A DNA stretch of 64,000 nt. It comes from Dehalococcoidia bacterium (GTDB lineage: Bacteria > Chloroflexota > Dehalococcoidia > UBA2979). Position 1 is the first letter of the stretch, and each line of letters opens with the position of its first letter. The stretch is taken from contig OZ253555.1 in assembly GCA_965262725.1 (NCBI GenBank), positions 1,664,001 to 1,728,000 on the forward strand, given 5' to 3'. This document shows positions 20,652-30,585 of the stretch, one piece after another. Both the position numbers and the translations under genes were made by a program. The notes under the pieces are model-generated. The model searched no databases. It was not told the origin of the DNA and worked only from the letters and a program-made list of their open reading frames with translations.

Positions 20652-21435
20652 TCAAGTGGTTGGTGCACCTCCCTTCGGGGCGGAAGTGACCCGCAGGCGG
20701 TAGGATTCTCTGCCGGTCTCGATGATGTGTGCGCGGAAGGTGAGCCGGTCGACGACGGCGGCGGCGAGCCGGGGGGTCGGCGAAGGTCTGGCCCCACTCC
20801 GAGAACGGGGCGTTGGAGGCGACCGCCACCGAGGCCCGCTCCTCCCGCTCCGTCAGCACCTGGAAGAGCAGTTCCGCCCCCCGGCGATCGAGCTGCAGGT
20901 AGCCCAGCTCGTCCAGGCACAGCAGGTCGAGCCGCCCGTAGCGGGCGACCAGGCGCGAGAGCACGCGCTCGTCCGAGGCCTCGGCGAGCTCGTTCACCAG
21001 CTGTGCCGCCGTCGTGTAGCGCACGCGCAGCCCACGCTGGCAGGCGGCCAGGCCGAGGCCGATCAGCAAGTGCGACTTGCCGGTGCCGCTGTCGCCGAGC
21101 AGCACCACGGGCTCGCCCCGCTCCACCCACTCGCAGCGCTCGAGCGCGGCGAGCAGCGCCGGGTCGACCGTCGGCGCCGCCGCCAGGTCGAAGTCCGCCA
21201 GGTGCTTGAGCCGGGGGAAGCGCGCCTCGGCGGTGCGGCGCTCGCGGCGGCGCGCCTCGCGGTCCTCGAGCTCGGCCGAGAGCAGCTCGCCGAGGTAGGC
21301 GAGATGGCTCAGGCGGTCGCGCAGCACCGCCTCGGCGAGGGGACCCGCCTGCTCGCGCACGGTCGGGAGGCGCAGCGCACGGCTCGTCGCCTCGACCGCC
21401 AGCGCCGCCGCCTGTTCGGTGACCGAAGCCCTCAT
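20652..21435 (-). pseudogene. istB: IS21-family IstB ATPase, frameshifted near 20770
   Basis: GDSGTGKSH, LLCLDELGY; AAVVDRLTFRAHII continues in another frame. Confidence 0.88.
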
Positions 21436-22262
21436 CGCGTGCTCCCGGCGAGCAGCGCGTCGTAGCCGGCGAGGCTCGGGGCCGGGCGGTCGAAGCGCCG
21501 GAGCGCCGGCCGCTCCACGACGGCGGCCGTCCGGCGGCCGTCGGCGATGCGCCGTGCCTCGATGGCGACCAGCGCCGGGTCGACCGAGCCGATGCGCTCC
21601 ACCGCGTCCAGCGCGGCGTGCACCGGGATGAAGGGCAGGCGGCGGTGCAGCAGCAGCACCTCGATCAGCGAGCGCGACCGCGCCGGGGAGCGCACCCGGC
21701 TTGCGCGAGAGCACCTCCAGGTAGTGGTCGAGCACGAGGACCTCGGCGCCCTTGCGCGTGCTGCGCTCGTGGCGGGCGATCTCGCGGCCCTCGGCGTGCA
21801 CGGTGAGCATCGCGCCGCCGAGGCGCACGTCCACGCTGCGGCCGGCGCAGGCCGCGGGGACCGAGTAGCGCGAGCCGCGCACCGAGATGCGCGCCTTGCG
21901 GTCGGCCTTCGCGCGCAGCGGGACCGCGGAGTCGAACGGCTCGGCGGGGAGCGGCCGCAGCGAGGGCCGCTCGGCCTCCGCCGCCTGGCCGACGGTCGCG
22001 AGCCGGCCGGTGATGTGGCGTGCGTCGTCTGCACGGTCGGCGGCCTCGAGCAGCGCGTTGAGCTCGGCCAGGCTGCCCACGTGCGGGACCGGCACGAGGT
22101 GGCGGCGGCGGAAGCGGCCGACCTCGCCCTCCACGCCGCCCTTCTCGTGGGCGCCGCCCGGCCCGGGCTCGCAGTAGAAGGCGTCGAAGCCGTAGTGCGA
22201 GCGCAGCGCCGTGAAACGGTCGCTCTCCACGCGGTCGCGGCCGCGCAGCACGCGCACCACGG
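21432..22262 (-). pseudogene. istA: IS21-family IstA transposase, 5'-truncated with internal deletion
   Basis: HYGFDAFYCEPG..GAHEKGGVEGEVGRFRR, LDHYLEVL.RKPGAL; frame break at ~21670. Confidence 0.85.
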
Positions 22263-23203
22263 CCGCCTTCAGACGTCCAGCCGGCCTCGCGGATGTGCGC
22301 CGCGGCCTCGTTGATCAGGTCGTGGAAGTCCCTCTCCCCTCCCAGGAGCCCCTCGTAGCGCGACCGGACCTGCTCGAACACGTCGAGGAACGCCGCGCTG
22401 CGCTCGCGAGCGCCCGAGTCGCGCGCACGAGCGCGCAGCAGGTCGGGGGGGAGGCGGTTGGTCTTGACGTGGTGGAGGAAGGTGGCCGCCAGCCGCGCCA
22501 GCCCCGAGGTCACCCAGCTGCCGAGGCTCGCGAGAAGCGTCTCCACCGGCACGGGCGCGAGCGTCACGCCCGCCTCCTCGAGCTGCTTGCGCAGAGTCTC
22601 CTCGAGCACGCCCTCGCGCCGCTGCCAGCTGTATGTCTCGATCAGCCACGTCTCGTTCTCCTCATGGATGCGGCGCTTCCACGCGGCGCCCTCGGCGTAG
22701 CCCTGCCACCCCGCCGGCGGCCTTCCCAGCCCGTCCAGCGCGAAATGCTCGATGTATATGCCGTGGTCCGGGAGGTAGAAGTCCGGCCGATACTGTTGGT
22801 ACTGCGGCGTCGCGGTGTCGATCTCGTAGGGCGCCTCGTACAGGAAGTTGACGCCGTTGAGCGCGAGGAAGTTCGCGATCTCGAGCTCCTCGAAGCTCTT
22901 GACCAGATCGCCGCTCAACGCGCGCCGGTCGAAGCGACGGACGTAGTCCGCGTACTCGCCCGGCGTCTCGAAGTCGAACTGCGAGCGGTAGTCCACGCGG
23001 TGGCGGGCGATGAAGGTCGCGACCGTGTCGCTCTGCTCGGGATCGGCGAGCAGGTCGAGGAGGATCCGGTCGATCGCCGCGACGAGCCGCGCGTCATCCT
23101 CCGCCAGCTTCGACACCGTCGGGGCCACGCCGACATCGGCGATGACGCGTCGCCCGAAGGAGTGGAAGGTGTGGACGTGCCCCGACGGGGATGCCGGCGT
23201 CAT
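22263..23203 (-). pseudogene. UvrD/helicase IV-like fragment with inserted PD-(D/E)XK domain
   Basis: HTFHSFG, VKSFEELEIANFL, YRPDFYL...YIEHF, DFHDLI; lacks Walker A and C-terminus. Confidence 0.75.
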
Positions 23204-23934
23204 TCCCGAGGCGGATCACGTCGCCGTCGAGCGAGACGCGGGAGCTGCGAGTCACTCACCGGGCTGGGAGTCCCGAACTTCAGGGGACTCCGCTCCAGGT
23301 AGAAGCGCGTCCAGCCCGCGGGCAGCGGCGCCGCCGTCACCACCGTCAGCTGCTGCCCGCGCGCCACGCGGTAGCGCCCGGTCGCGTCGGGCTCGAGCAG
23401 CACGTCCGCGGGGATGTCCACCACCTGCGCGTAGTCGCCGGGCGCTCCCCGGTACACGGCACGGATGCAGTCGGAGGCGGCCGGGGCCGCGCAGCGGCTC
23501 GCCGGCAGCTCCGTGAACGTCGCCGTGACGCTCCGGGGCGCGTCCATCGTCAGCACGCACTGAGAGCTCAGCGCCCCGCTGCAGTCCCCGCCCCAGCTGA
23601 ACTCGTGCGTCGCGTCGTTCCAGCTCGCCCGAAGCGTGACCTCGACTCCGTCCTCGTGCGTCGTCGTCCCGTCGGGCGTCACCGTGCCCTCACCCGTCGC
23701 CGACACCGTCAGGGTGCGCGTGATGCGCTCGAGCGCGGTGCTCGCCGCCTCCGTCGGCGCTGTAGGCGGGGCGGCGGTGGACCGTGGCTCCGCCGGCCCG
23801 CGTGACGCCGCCGGGGACGGGGATCCCGTCGCGGCCTGCGGCGAGGCCGGAGCCCCTGCGCCGGAGCACGCCCCGGCCAGCATGAGCGCGAGCGCCAGGG
23901 ACGCCGCGAGCAGGCGACCGCCCATCGTCCTCAT
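23200..23934 (-). CDS. Lipoprotein with InlB-B/Flg_new-like repeat, 3' truncated
   Basis: Lipobox LAGAC; LTVSATGEGTV...F.WGGDCSG...CVLTMD...VTATF. Confidence 0.7.
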   Translation of the reverse strand: MRTMGGRLLAASLALALMLAGACSGAGAPASPQAATGSPSPAASRGPAEPRSTAAPPTAPTEAASTALERITRTLTVSATGEGTVTPDGTTTHEDGVEVTLRASWNDATHEFSWGGDCSGALSSQCVLTMDAPRSVTATFTELPASRCAAPAASDCIRAVYRGAPGDYAQVVDIPADVLLEPDATGRYRVARGQQLTVVTAAPLPAGWTRFYLERSPLKFGTPSPVSDSQLPRLARRRRDPPRE

Positions 23935-24718
23935 GCTGCCACGACCGACGATGCGGGCCGCGCCGTCCGAGGCTTGGAGATCGCAGTGGTGCGGTGGCGT
24001 CCCGCGGGGAGGCCGGGGGCGTGGGCGCAACGCCGCCGCCCGTGCACGCGAGCGCCGCCCCGACCGCCGCCAGCAGCAACACCGAGCCGAGCGTTGCGAG
24101 CAAGACCGGCCCCACCGGATCCGGGCGGGAGTTCCGTGTCGCGGCGTTGCCGGTAGTTCCACGTCACGCCCGACGTCCCGTCCCATTGAGGCACGATGCC
24201 GCAACCGTCCTGCGCATCATGTCACCGGTGCGCAGGGAAGCCCGCGACGCCGCACGGCGACGACGCCCGGGCGGCGGTACTGCGCGCGTCTCGAGGCGAC
24301 GCCGCCCGCCACGGCGGGAGAGGCCGACCATGACCTCGCCCACCGCACCGCTCACGTGGCCGCGGCGGCACCCGCCGCCAGGGCGGCCGCTAAGGCTCCA
24401 GACGAACTCGTCCCGGCGCAGACCGCTGTCTACGCAAGATGCCCCCGGCATCAAGCCGGCCGGCACACGGATCGAAGGCGATGGCCCCGACGGTCCAGGA
24501 GATGCTCCGTGCGCCGCTCGCCTGCTCGGGGGAGGCGCTCGATGCCCCGGGGATAAGCGGAAGCGTTGACTTCGGCGCAGCCCCGGGAACCCCACCGTCG
24601 GTAGGCTCGGGAGCCCGCCGATCACCGAGACCGGAAACTGCAGAGGGAAGGTTCACCGCCACCGTCCGAATATCGGAGGCCCGGTTCCAGGAGGCGCGAC
24701 CCACGCGAGATGCACGGG

Positions 24719-24976
24719 CTAGCGCGTGCCGACCTTCTTCCACACCAGCATGCGCTGCTGGCTGTCCGTCCACGAGCAGCGGATGCGGACGTTCGACTGG
24801 CGTGCCGCTTCCTGGAGCAGCCGCTTCACGGTCGCCGGCTTCTCGCCGCGCTCAAGCTCCACGCTCCCCGCGTCGCCCGCGTTCAGCGCCTCGATGTAGG
24901 GCTTCCGCCTCTCCGCACCGGCGCGCCCGCGCCCGACGGCAACATCATCAGGGTTCACCTTCGTGAATGTGGGCAT
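24719..24976 (-). CDS. Small basic hypothetical protein (85 aa), paralog of 49403-49654
   Basis: RBS GGAGG; MPTFTKVNPDDVAVGRGRA...VKRLLQEAAR..LVWKK. Confidence 0.75.
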   Translation of the reverse strand: MPTFTKVNPDDVAVGRGRAGAERRKPYIEALNAGDAGSVELERGEKPATVKRLLQEAARQSNVRIRCSWTDSQQRMLVWKKVGTR

Positions 24977-25591
24977 CAGATCCTCCGTTCCCCATCTCCA
25001 GCAATGCGGTCCCGCGGCGCTCCCGCCCCGGTGTGGCCGGCGACCCGCCGCTCCCGGCGGTCGGCGGCGGCAGGGGCGGAAGGCCGTCAGACTCCATTGT
25101 CCCAGAATCGGCGAGGCACCTCTGTGCATCTCCCCGCACCCACGGCGGTCAGGGCCGTCGGTGGAGCCGTGCCGGGCAGGTGCTGCCGGCGGCGGCCCGG
25201 GGCGACGAGGATGGCATTCGCCGTGCGAACGGGTCCCCGTGCGGGGGAGCAGGCCGGCGTCGCGCACACCTGCGGAGCCTTCGGTCGTCGTGCTGCTCGG
25301 CCGGCCGTACCACGACGTCGTGGATGCGCGCGGGCAGCACGACGAGGGTCGTCGCCTCTCCTCGCATCTCGCCCGTGCGTGACCGGCAGTCGCCATGCGA
25401 CCGACCGGTACCGACTCCAGCAGTGAACTCGTCCAGCACCCGTGAGTTCGCAAGAAGCCGCACGTCCGCTGAGGCGGGATCATTACCGCTGAGGACAGAG
25501 CCGACGGCCGGGACGTGCTGCTCGCTGTGGGGATGCACGGATCGTCCGTGAGCGAGCCGGAACGCGACCTGCACACCCCGTTCAAGAAAAC

Positions 25592-25643
25592 AAAATACAA
25601 AGATCCGCTCCTAATTTGTTCCGGATTTGTTCACAGGGCGTTC
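25592..25643 (-). promoter_or_regulatory. Leftward GAAC-N7 repeat array plus putative -10
   Basis: Plus-strand GCTC/GTTC at 25607, 25618, 25629, 25640 (11-bp period); TATTTT on minus strand at 25597-25592. Confidence 0.6.
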
Positions 25644-26001
25644 CTGCGACCCGAAGGCGGAGTCGCCTGCCCGGGCGAAGCCGCGGGCCCGTGGCCGGCC
25701 CGTGCGCGGGCGCCCGAGCGGGCCCGCACGGCCCTGACCGGACGGCGTGGGCCACAGGCAGGGGCCCCTGGAGAGGTTCCGAGGGTCGTGTGGCCAGATT
25801 CAATCCATGCGCTGCTGAGGTAGCTGGCCGTCGGCACGCGGCTGATCGCTCGTGCGACCAGCCTGGACCGGGGTCGAGCCGCGTCCACGGCCGTGCGGCC
25901 GGCGCCGTGCCCATCGTTCCGGGTCATTCCCGCAGCCCGGGAGTCGCGGCGCCCTCCGGGACGGGGCTGGCGGCGCCAATCGGCCCCGCACGGCGGAAAA
26001 G

Positions 26002-26084
26002 GAACAAATCCGGAAGAAATCCGGAACGTTGTGAACTCTCATGGAACGCAGCCGGAACTTTCTGTGAACGTCTGGGCGTAGCCT
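26002..26084 (+). promoter_or_regulatory. Rightward GAAC-N7 repeat array plus putative -10
   Basis: GAAC/GAAG at 26002, 26013, 26024 and 26033, 26044, 26055, 26066; TAGCCT at 26079. Confidence 0.6.
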
Positions 26085-26480
26085 TCTCCTCGTCAGCAGT
26101 GCGTTTCGCCGGTACCGCCAACTCCAGGGAGAAGAGAAACCGGCACGGATCGCTCATCCGGGACGCAGGCACGGATCACCCTCACCCGAGGCAACGAGCA
26201 GAGCTCTCCGCGGCAGGCATCGAATCGAGCAGACAGGGCAACCCGGGGACGAGTGACGGTAGGGGAGGTGCACGAGCGGCAGGGAAGGCAGCGAGACAGC
26301 GACGCGGCGGACCGAGAGGTTCGACAGACGGAGGAGGACAACCGAGGAAGACGAATGAAGCGGACCGGCCCCGGTTCGCATAGAGGCGACCACGAGCGAC
26401 GACTGAGACCCGAGGCCTCGCAGAGGCGAGCTGCGGCATCGCCCCGCGCGTGCCGCGGGTCGGGTGTCGGCGGCGAAGCG

Positions 26481-26513
26481 GCCCCGTACGGCTCCCGTGC
26501 CACGGGGCTTTTC
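26481..26513 (+). terminator. Intrinsic terminator/attenuator in the leader of the primase operon
   Basis: GCCCCGT...ACGGGGC stem followed by TTTT. Confidence 0.55.
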
Positions 26514-26597
26514 TGTGCCGGGGAGAAGAGGGGCGATCGGATTCAGGACCGTCCGGCCGCGATGGGCCGGGACGGAGCAGCAGGAAGGGAGAATCGA

Positions 26598-27221
26598 ATG
26601 GCAGGCAGGAAGAAGAGCCGGAGGGGCCGGGCCGCGGGGCCGGTGGCCCGCATGCGGAGCTGGTGCGGCCGGCGGTTCACGGCGATGCGGAGCGCGTGTG
26701 CCGCACGCAGGCGGCCGTGGCGCCCGACGGTCGAGGCGGACGTGGACGGAAGACAGGGGCGACGCCTCAGGCGTGCGATCACGCGCGTGACGCGGGATCA
26801 CCTCCGCGGACTCGGCGTGGCGCCGCCCGGGCACCTGCTCGTGGTGGTGCAGCGCACGGTCACGCTCGAGGAGCGTCCGCTGGAGTCGCTGCTGCAGGTG
26901 TTCGAGGACGCAGAGGGCCACAGGCGGCACGTGCTCTTCCTCGCGCTGACGGCATCAGGCCGGGACGTGGACGACGAGGAGCTGCTGGCGACGCTCAGGC
27001 AGCAGCTCCAGCGCGTCGTGGCCCCGCAGCTCGGAACGCCCGTCAGCATGCCGCGGGAGCCGGAGCGGGTTCGGCCCGAGCAGGAGCCGGCGCCGGAGCC
27101 GGCACCGGCGGAACCGACCCCGTGGGTGGGCCCGTTCGAGAAGGAAGCATCGCCCCTGGAGGCGTTCGAGGGCCGCAACGGCGCATTCGCCGCAGCGGCG
27201 GGAAGGAGTGATGGAAGGTGA
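26598..27221 (+). CDS. Hypothetical protein, first gene of backbone operon
   Basis: RBS GGAAGGGAG before ATG 26598; coupled to next gene. Confidence 0.65.
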   Translation: MAGRKKSRRGRAAGPVARMRSWCGRRFTAMRSACAARRRPWRPTVEADVDGRQGRRLRRAITRVTRDHLRGLGVAPPGHLLVVVQRTVTLEERPLESLLQVFEDAEGHRRHVLFLALTASGRDVDDEELLATLRQQLQRVVAPQLGTPVSMPREPERVRPEQEPAPEPAPAEPTPWVGPFEKEASPLEAFEGRNGAFAAAAGRSDGR

Positions 27222-28204
27222 CGCAGGAAATCGTGCTGACGAGTCTGGGTGAGCTGGCAGGGGTCCGCGGGTTGTTCGCGGAGGTGGGGCCGGTCCCCGG
27301 GACGCGGGCGCTCGTGCCCGTGATCCGGCGCAGCGGACCGGAGGAGATCGAGGCGCTCACGCGGGCGGCGCGGCGGGCGCTGGACGAGCTGCAGGTGCTG
27401 CTCGCCCGTGACGGCGAGCGCCGCCGGGAGGCGGAGCAGGGTCTCGGCCGCCTCAGGGCGCTCCAGGGCGAGGCCGCACGGCTGCGGGGGGTCGCCTCGG
27501 AGCTGGCCGAGGCCGCGGGCCGTGCCGGCGCACTCGCGCGGTCGGCCTTCGAGCCCGCCGCCGGGCAGCGCGCGGAGGGCGTCGCGGGGGCGGCTCAGCG
27601 GCTCGTGAACCAGGCCGAGGCGCACGCCGCCGTGCTGGAACGAGAGGCCGCGGCGCTCGCCGGGAGTGAGGACATCGCCCGACTGCTGGCGGAGGAGCAG
27701 GCGCAGGAAGAGGAGGTGAGGATGCGAAACGAGCTGGAGCTGGCCGGGGACCACCTGGACGGCGGAAGGATTGGTGAGGCCCGGCGGCTGCTGGTTTCCG
27801 TCGAAAAGAACATCAGCAGCGTGCCGGACCTCGAACTAACGTTCGCAACGCTACGGCGGCGCGAACAGGACGTCAAGACCAGGGCCGCGGAGGCGGCGCT
27901 CCGCGAGGCGCGGCGCCTGTACCGGCGCGAGCCGGCCCGGGCGATCGAGCTGCTCGAATCCGCCGAACTGGACGGGCTGCCGGACGAGCTGGCACGCCAC
28001 CTCTACGGCTGCTGGCTCACCGCCTGCCGCCGCCTGGAGCTGCTGGCCGCGATCCACTACCGCGCCGGCTTCGGCCGCGGGGCCGTGCTGATCCCCACCG
28101 CGGACGGCGGCTGGGAGGTCGTCTCGGCGCTCGGCCTCAGGCGCTGGGAGCGCGGCCGCCGCTTCGCCCCGCAGGCGCTCCGGGGTGCACGCCCGCTCGC
28201 CTGA
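27218..28204 (+). CDS. Hypothetical coiled-coil protein
   Basis: 328-aa ORF, Ala/Glu/Arg-rich helices, host-like codon usage. Confidence 0.7.
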   Translation: MTQEIVLTSLGELAGVRGLFAEVGPVPGTRALVPVIRRSGPEEIEALTRAARRALDELQVLLARDGERRREAEQGLGRLRALQGEAARLRGVASELAEAAGRAGALARSAFEPAAGQRAEGVAGAAQRLVNQAEAHAAVLEREAAALAGSEDIARLLAEEQAQEEEVRMRNELELAGDHLDGGRIGEARRLLVSVEKNISSVPDLELTFATLRRREQDVKTRAAEAALREARRLYRREPARAIELLESAELDGLPDELARHLYGCWLTACRRLELLAAIHYRAGFGRGAVLIPTADGGWEVVSALGLRRWERGRRFAPQALRGARPLA

Positions 28205-28355
28205 CCCCCTCGTAGCCACCGGCACCGCCGTCATCTTCGGGGCCGCCTTCGGGCGGCCCCGATGTCGTCGTGTCCATGCGTGGGCGAGATGCGTCCGCCC
28301 GCGGGCGCGAAGCGATCGGCTGGTGTCCAGCGAGTGTCCGAGGAAGGAGTGCGAC

Positions 28356-28658
28356 ATGCAGAGGGAGAATCGCTTCCGGCAGGCGGTGCGAGCCGTCTGG
28401 GAACGCAGCTACGAGCAGTACCTCGGGTGGCCCGAGGAGCGACGCGAGGCGGCGAAGCCCGCCGTCTCGGCACTGCTCGCCCGGCTGGGCGAGTGCGACA
28501 GCGTGGCGGAGCTTCATCTCCGCTACTGGGAGTCCGGTGACCCGCCGGGGGTGCTGCTCGGGCGGCACCTGCCGGGCGGATGGGGCGCCGGCGCGAGGCT
28601 CACGCTCGAGGAGGCCTGCTTCCGGCGGCGCCTGCTCGAGCTCACCCGCGGTGGCTGA
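28356..28658 (+). CDS. Hypothetical protein
   Basis: RBS AAGGAG; overlaps primase start. Confidence 0.65.
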   Translation: MQRENRFRQAVRAVWERSYEQYLGWPEERREAAKPAVSALLARLGECDSVAELHLRYWESGDPPGVLLGRHLPGGWGAGARLTLEEACFRRRLLELTRGG

Positions 28659-29739
28659 GCTCTACGACATCGAGGCGATCCGGGCTCAACACCCGATCGC
28701 GCACGCGGTCTCGGGCGCCGGAGTGGAGCTCCGGCGCTCGGGCCGCCGCCTCGTCGGGCTCTGCCCGTTCCACGAGGACCGCACCCCGAGCCTCGTGGTC
28801 TACGAGGAGTCGGGCAGCTACTTCTGCTTCGGCTGCGACGCGGGCGGCGATGTCTTCGACTTCGTCGGCCGCCTGCAGGGAATCGGGTTCCGGGAGACGG
28901 CCGCCCTGCTCGCAGGAAGCGCCGCTGGGGGTCACCCGCCGCCCGCCGCCGACCTGCGATCCCCGCTGCGGCGAGCGGTCCGGGCGGTGGCCGCGGACGA
29001 GGCGGCGGTCATCGAGGCCGCCGCCTCCCTCTACGCCGGGCAGTACGGGCGCAGCCGCGAGGCCCGCTCGTACGTCCGCGGCCGCGGTATCGACGACGGC
29101 GTGGCTTCCGGGCTGCGCGTCGGCTTCGCGAGCGGCGGGCTCGCCCGTCACCTGGAGCGCTCGAGGCTCGGGCTCGACACGGCCCGGGGGCTCGGGCTCC
29201 TGAGCGGCGATCGCGACGCGCTCGCCGGGCGGATCGTCGTCCCGGACCTGGACGCCCGGGGCCTGGCGACCTGGCTCACCGCGCGGTCGCTCGACGGCCG
29301 GGAGCCGCGCTACCTCAACCTGCGCCTGCCGTCGCCGCTGCTCGGCCTGGAGCAGGTACGCCGGGCCGGGGCCGCGGCCGCCGTCGTGACCGAGGGTCCC
29401 TTCGACTGGCTGACCCTCTGCGCGTGGCGGCTGCCGGCCGTCGCGCTGCTCGGCACCCACGTCTCGCGGGAGGCGCTCGCCGCCCTCCGCTCGCTCGGGC
29501 GCGTCTACCTCGCGCTCGACGCCGACCACCCCGGCCGTCAGGCCGCCGACCGCCTCATCTCCGCGCTCGCGGAGCGGGCGACCGTCGTGCCGCTCCCCGG
29601 TGGGGCGCACGACCTCAGCGAACTGGGACGGCGCCGCGATGGACGCGCGGCGTTCCTGCGTTCGCTCCACGAAGCACGCGAAGGAGAGAAGGAATCATGG
29701 CTGAAGTCAGACGCAGGGCGACGCGCACGCGCCGCCTGA
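28651..29739 (+). CDS. DnaG-like primase (CHC2 zinc finger plus Toprim), mobile-element type
   Basis: CPFHEDRTPS...FCFGC; VVTEGPFD; LALDAD; no DnaB-binding C-terminus. Confidence 0.9.
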   Translation: MAELYDIEAIRAQHPIAHAVSGAGVELRRSGRRLVGLCPFHEDRTPSLVVYEESGSYFCFGCDAGGDVFDFVGRLQGIGFRETAALLAGSAAGGHPPPAADLRSPLRRAVRAVAADEAAVIEAAASLYAGQYGRSREARSYVRGRGIDDGVASGLRVGFASGGLARHLERSRLGLDTARGLGLLSGDRDALAGRIVVPDLDARGLATWLTARSLDGREPRYLNLRLPSPLLGLEQVRRAGAAAAVVTEGPFDWLTLCAWRLPAVALLGTHVSREALAALRSLGRVYLALDADHPGRQAADRLISALAERATVVPLPGGAHDLSELGRRRDGRAAFLRSLHEAREGEKESWLKSDAGRRARAA

Positions 29740-30371
29740 GCCGGGCTGCGCTTGAGCAGCTGGCACATCCGCTCGACCCGGCACTCGTGTCGGAGCGCAT
29801 CACCGAGGACGGAGAGATACTCCGCTACGTCGAGGGCTGGCGTGCCATCGAGCAGGCCAACGCGGTCTTCGGACACGACGGCTGGGGGGCCGAGGTCGTG
29901 GGCGAGGTCGCCTACCGACCGCTGCCCGCGGACGACCGTGGCGACAACGCTCCTGCCGGCATCTACACGGCGACCGTCCGGGTCGCCGCCCGGGGCTGCC
30001 CGCCGCACAGCGACGTGGGCACGGCCGCCGCCCGGAACCAGTCGGCACAGGAACACGCGGCCGCCTCCAAGGCCGCCGTCACCGACGGGCTGAAGCGCGC
30101 GCTGCGGCACTTCGGGGCGCGCTTCGGCAACGGGCTCGGCGCCGAGCCGGCCGGGGCGGCATCGCTCGCGGCCGGTACGCGGCCCGATGAACTCCGGCGC
30201 CGCGTGATCGAGATCGCGGCGAGCGCGGGATCCGACGAGACCCGCACCCAGAGCTGGGTCGAGCAGCGCTACGGGCGCCCGCTCGCAGAGCTCGACGCGT
30301 CCTCGCTCCTCACCTGCGTGGACGCGCTCACGCGCGGACTCCACCGCCGCAACGGGGCGCGGGCGGCCTGA
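29697..30371 (+). CDS. Rad52/Rad22 (Sak/DdrA-like) single-strand annealing protein
   Basis: YVEGWRAIEQANAVFGHDGW, KAAVTDGLKRALRHFG..FGNGL. Confidence 0.9.
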   Translation: MAEVRRRATRTRRLSRAALEQLAHPLDPALVSERITEDGEILRYVEGWRAIEQANAVFGHDGWGAEVVGEVAYRPLPADDRGDNAPAGIYTATVRVAARGCPPHSDVGTAAARNQSAQEHAAASKAAVTDGLKRALRHFGARFGNGLGAEPAGAASLAAGTRPDELRRRVIEIAASAGSDETRTQSWVEQRYGRPLAELDASSLLTCVDALTRGLHRRNGARAA

Positions 30372-30375
30372 ACCG

Positions 30376-30585
30376 ATGGCCTACCGCCCCAGCCGCGTCA
30401 TCGAGACGCGCCACGGACGCTACGACGTCGCCTGGATCCCGCTGCCCGAGTGCCCGATCCCGGGCTTCCGGGCCTGCCTCATCCAGGCCGTCGACGCCGA
30501 TCGCCCGCCGACACGGGCGATCCGACTCACGCTCTACGAGCGTCTGGGCCCACCCCGCGACGGGGACGACCCCGGTGCGGCGTAG
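30376..30585 (+). CDS. Small hypothetical protein
   Basis: 69-aa ORF filling the operon gap. Confidence 0.55.
   Translation: MAYRPSRVIETRHGRYDVAWIPLPECPIPGFRACLIQAVDADRPPTRAIRLTLYERLGPPRDGDDPGAA

Noticed and set aside
21665-23203. Apparent helicase-transposase fusion ORF
   Set aside because: Read-through across a deletion junction at ~22263 into an out-of-frame istA remnant.
25600-26070. CRISPR array
   Set aside because: Repeat units are 4-11 bp with no spacers, and there are no cas genes in the window.
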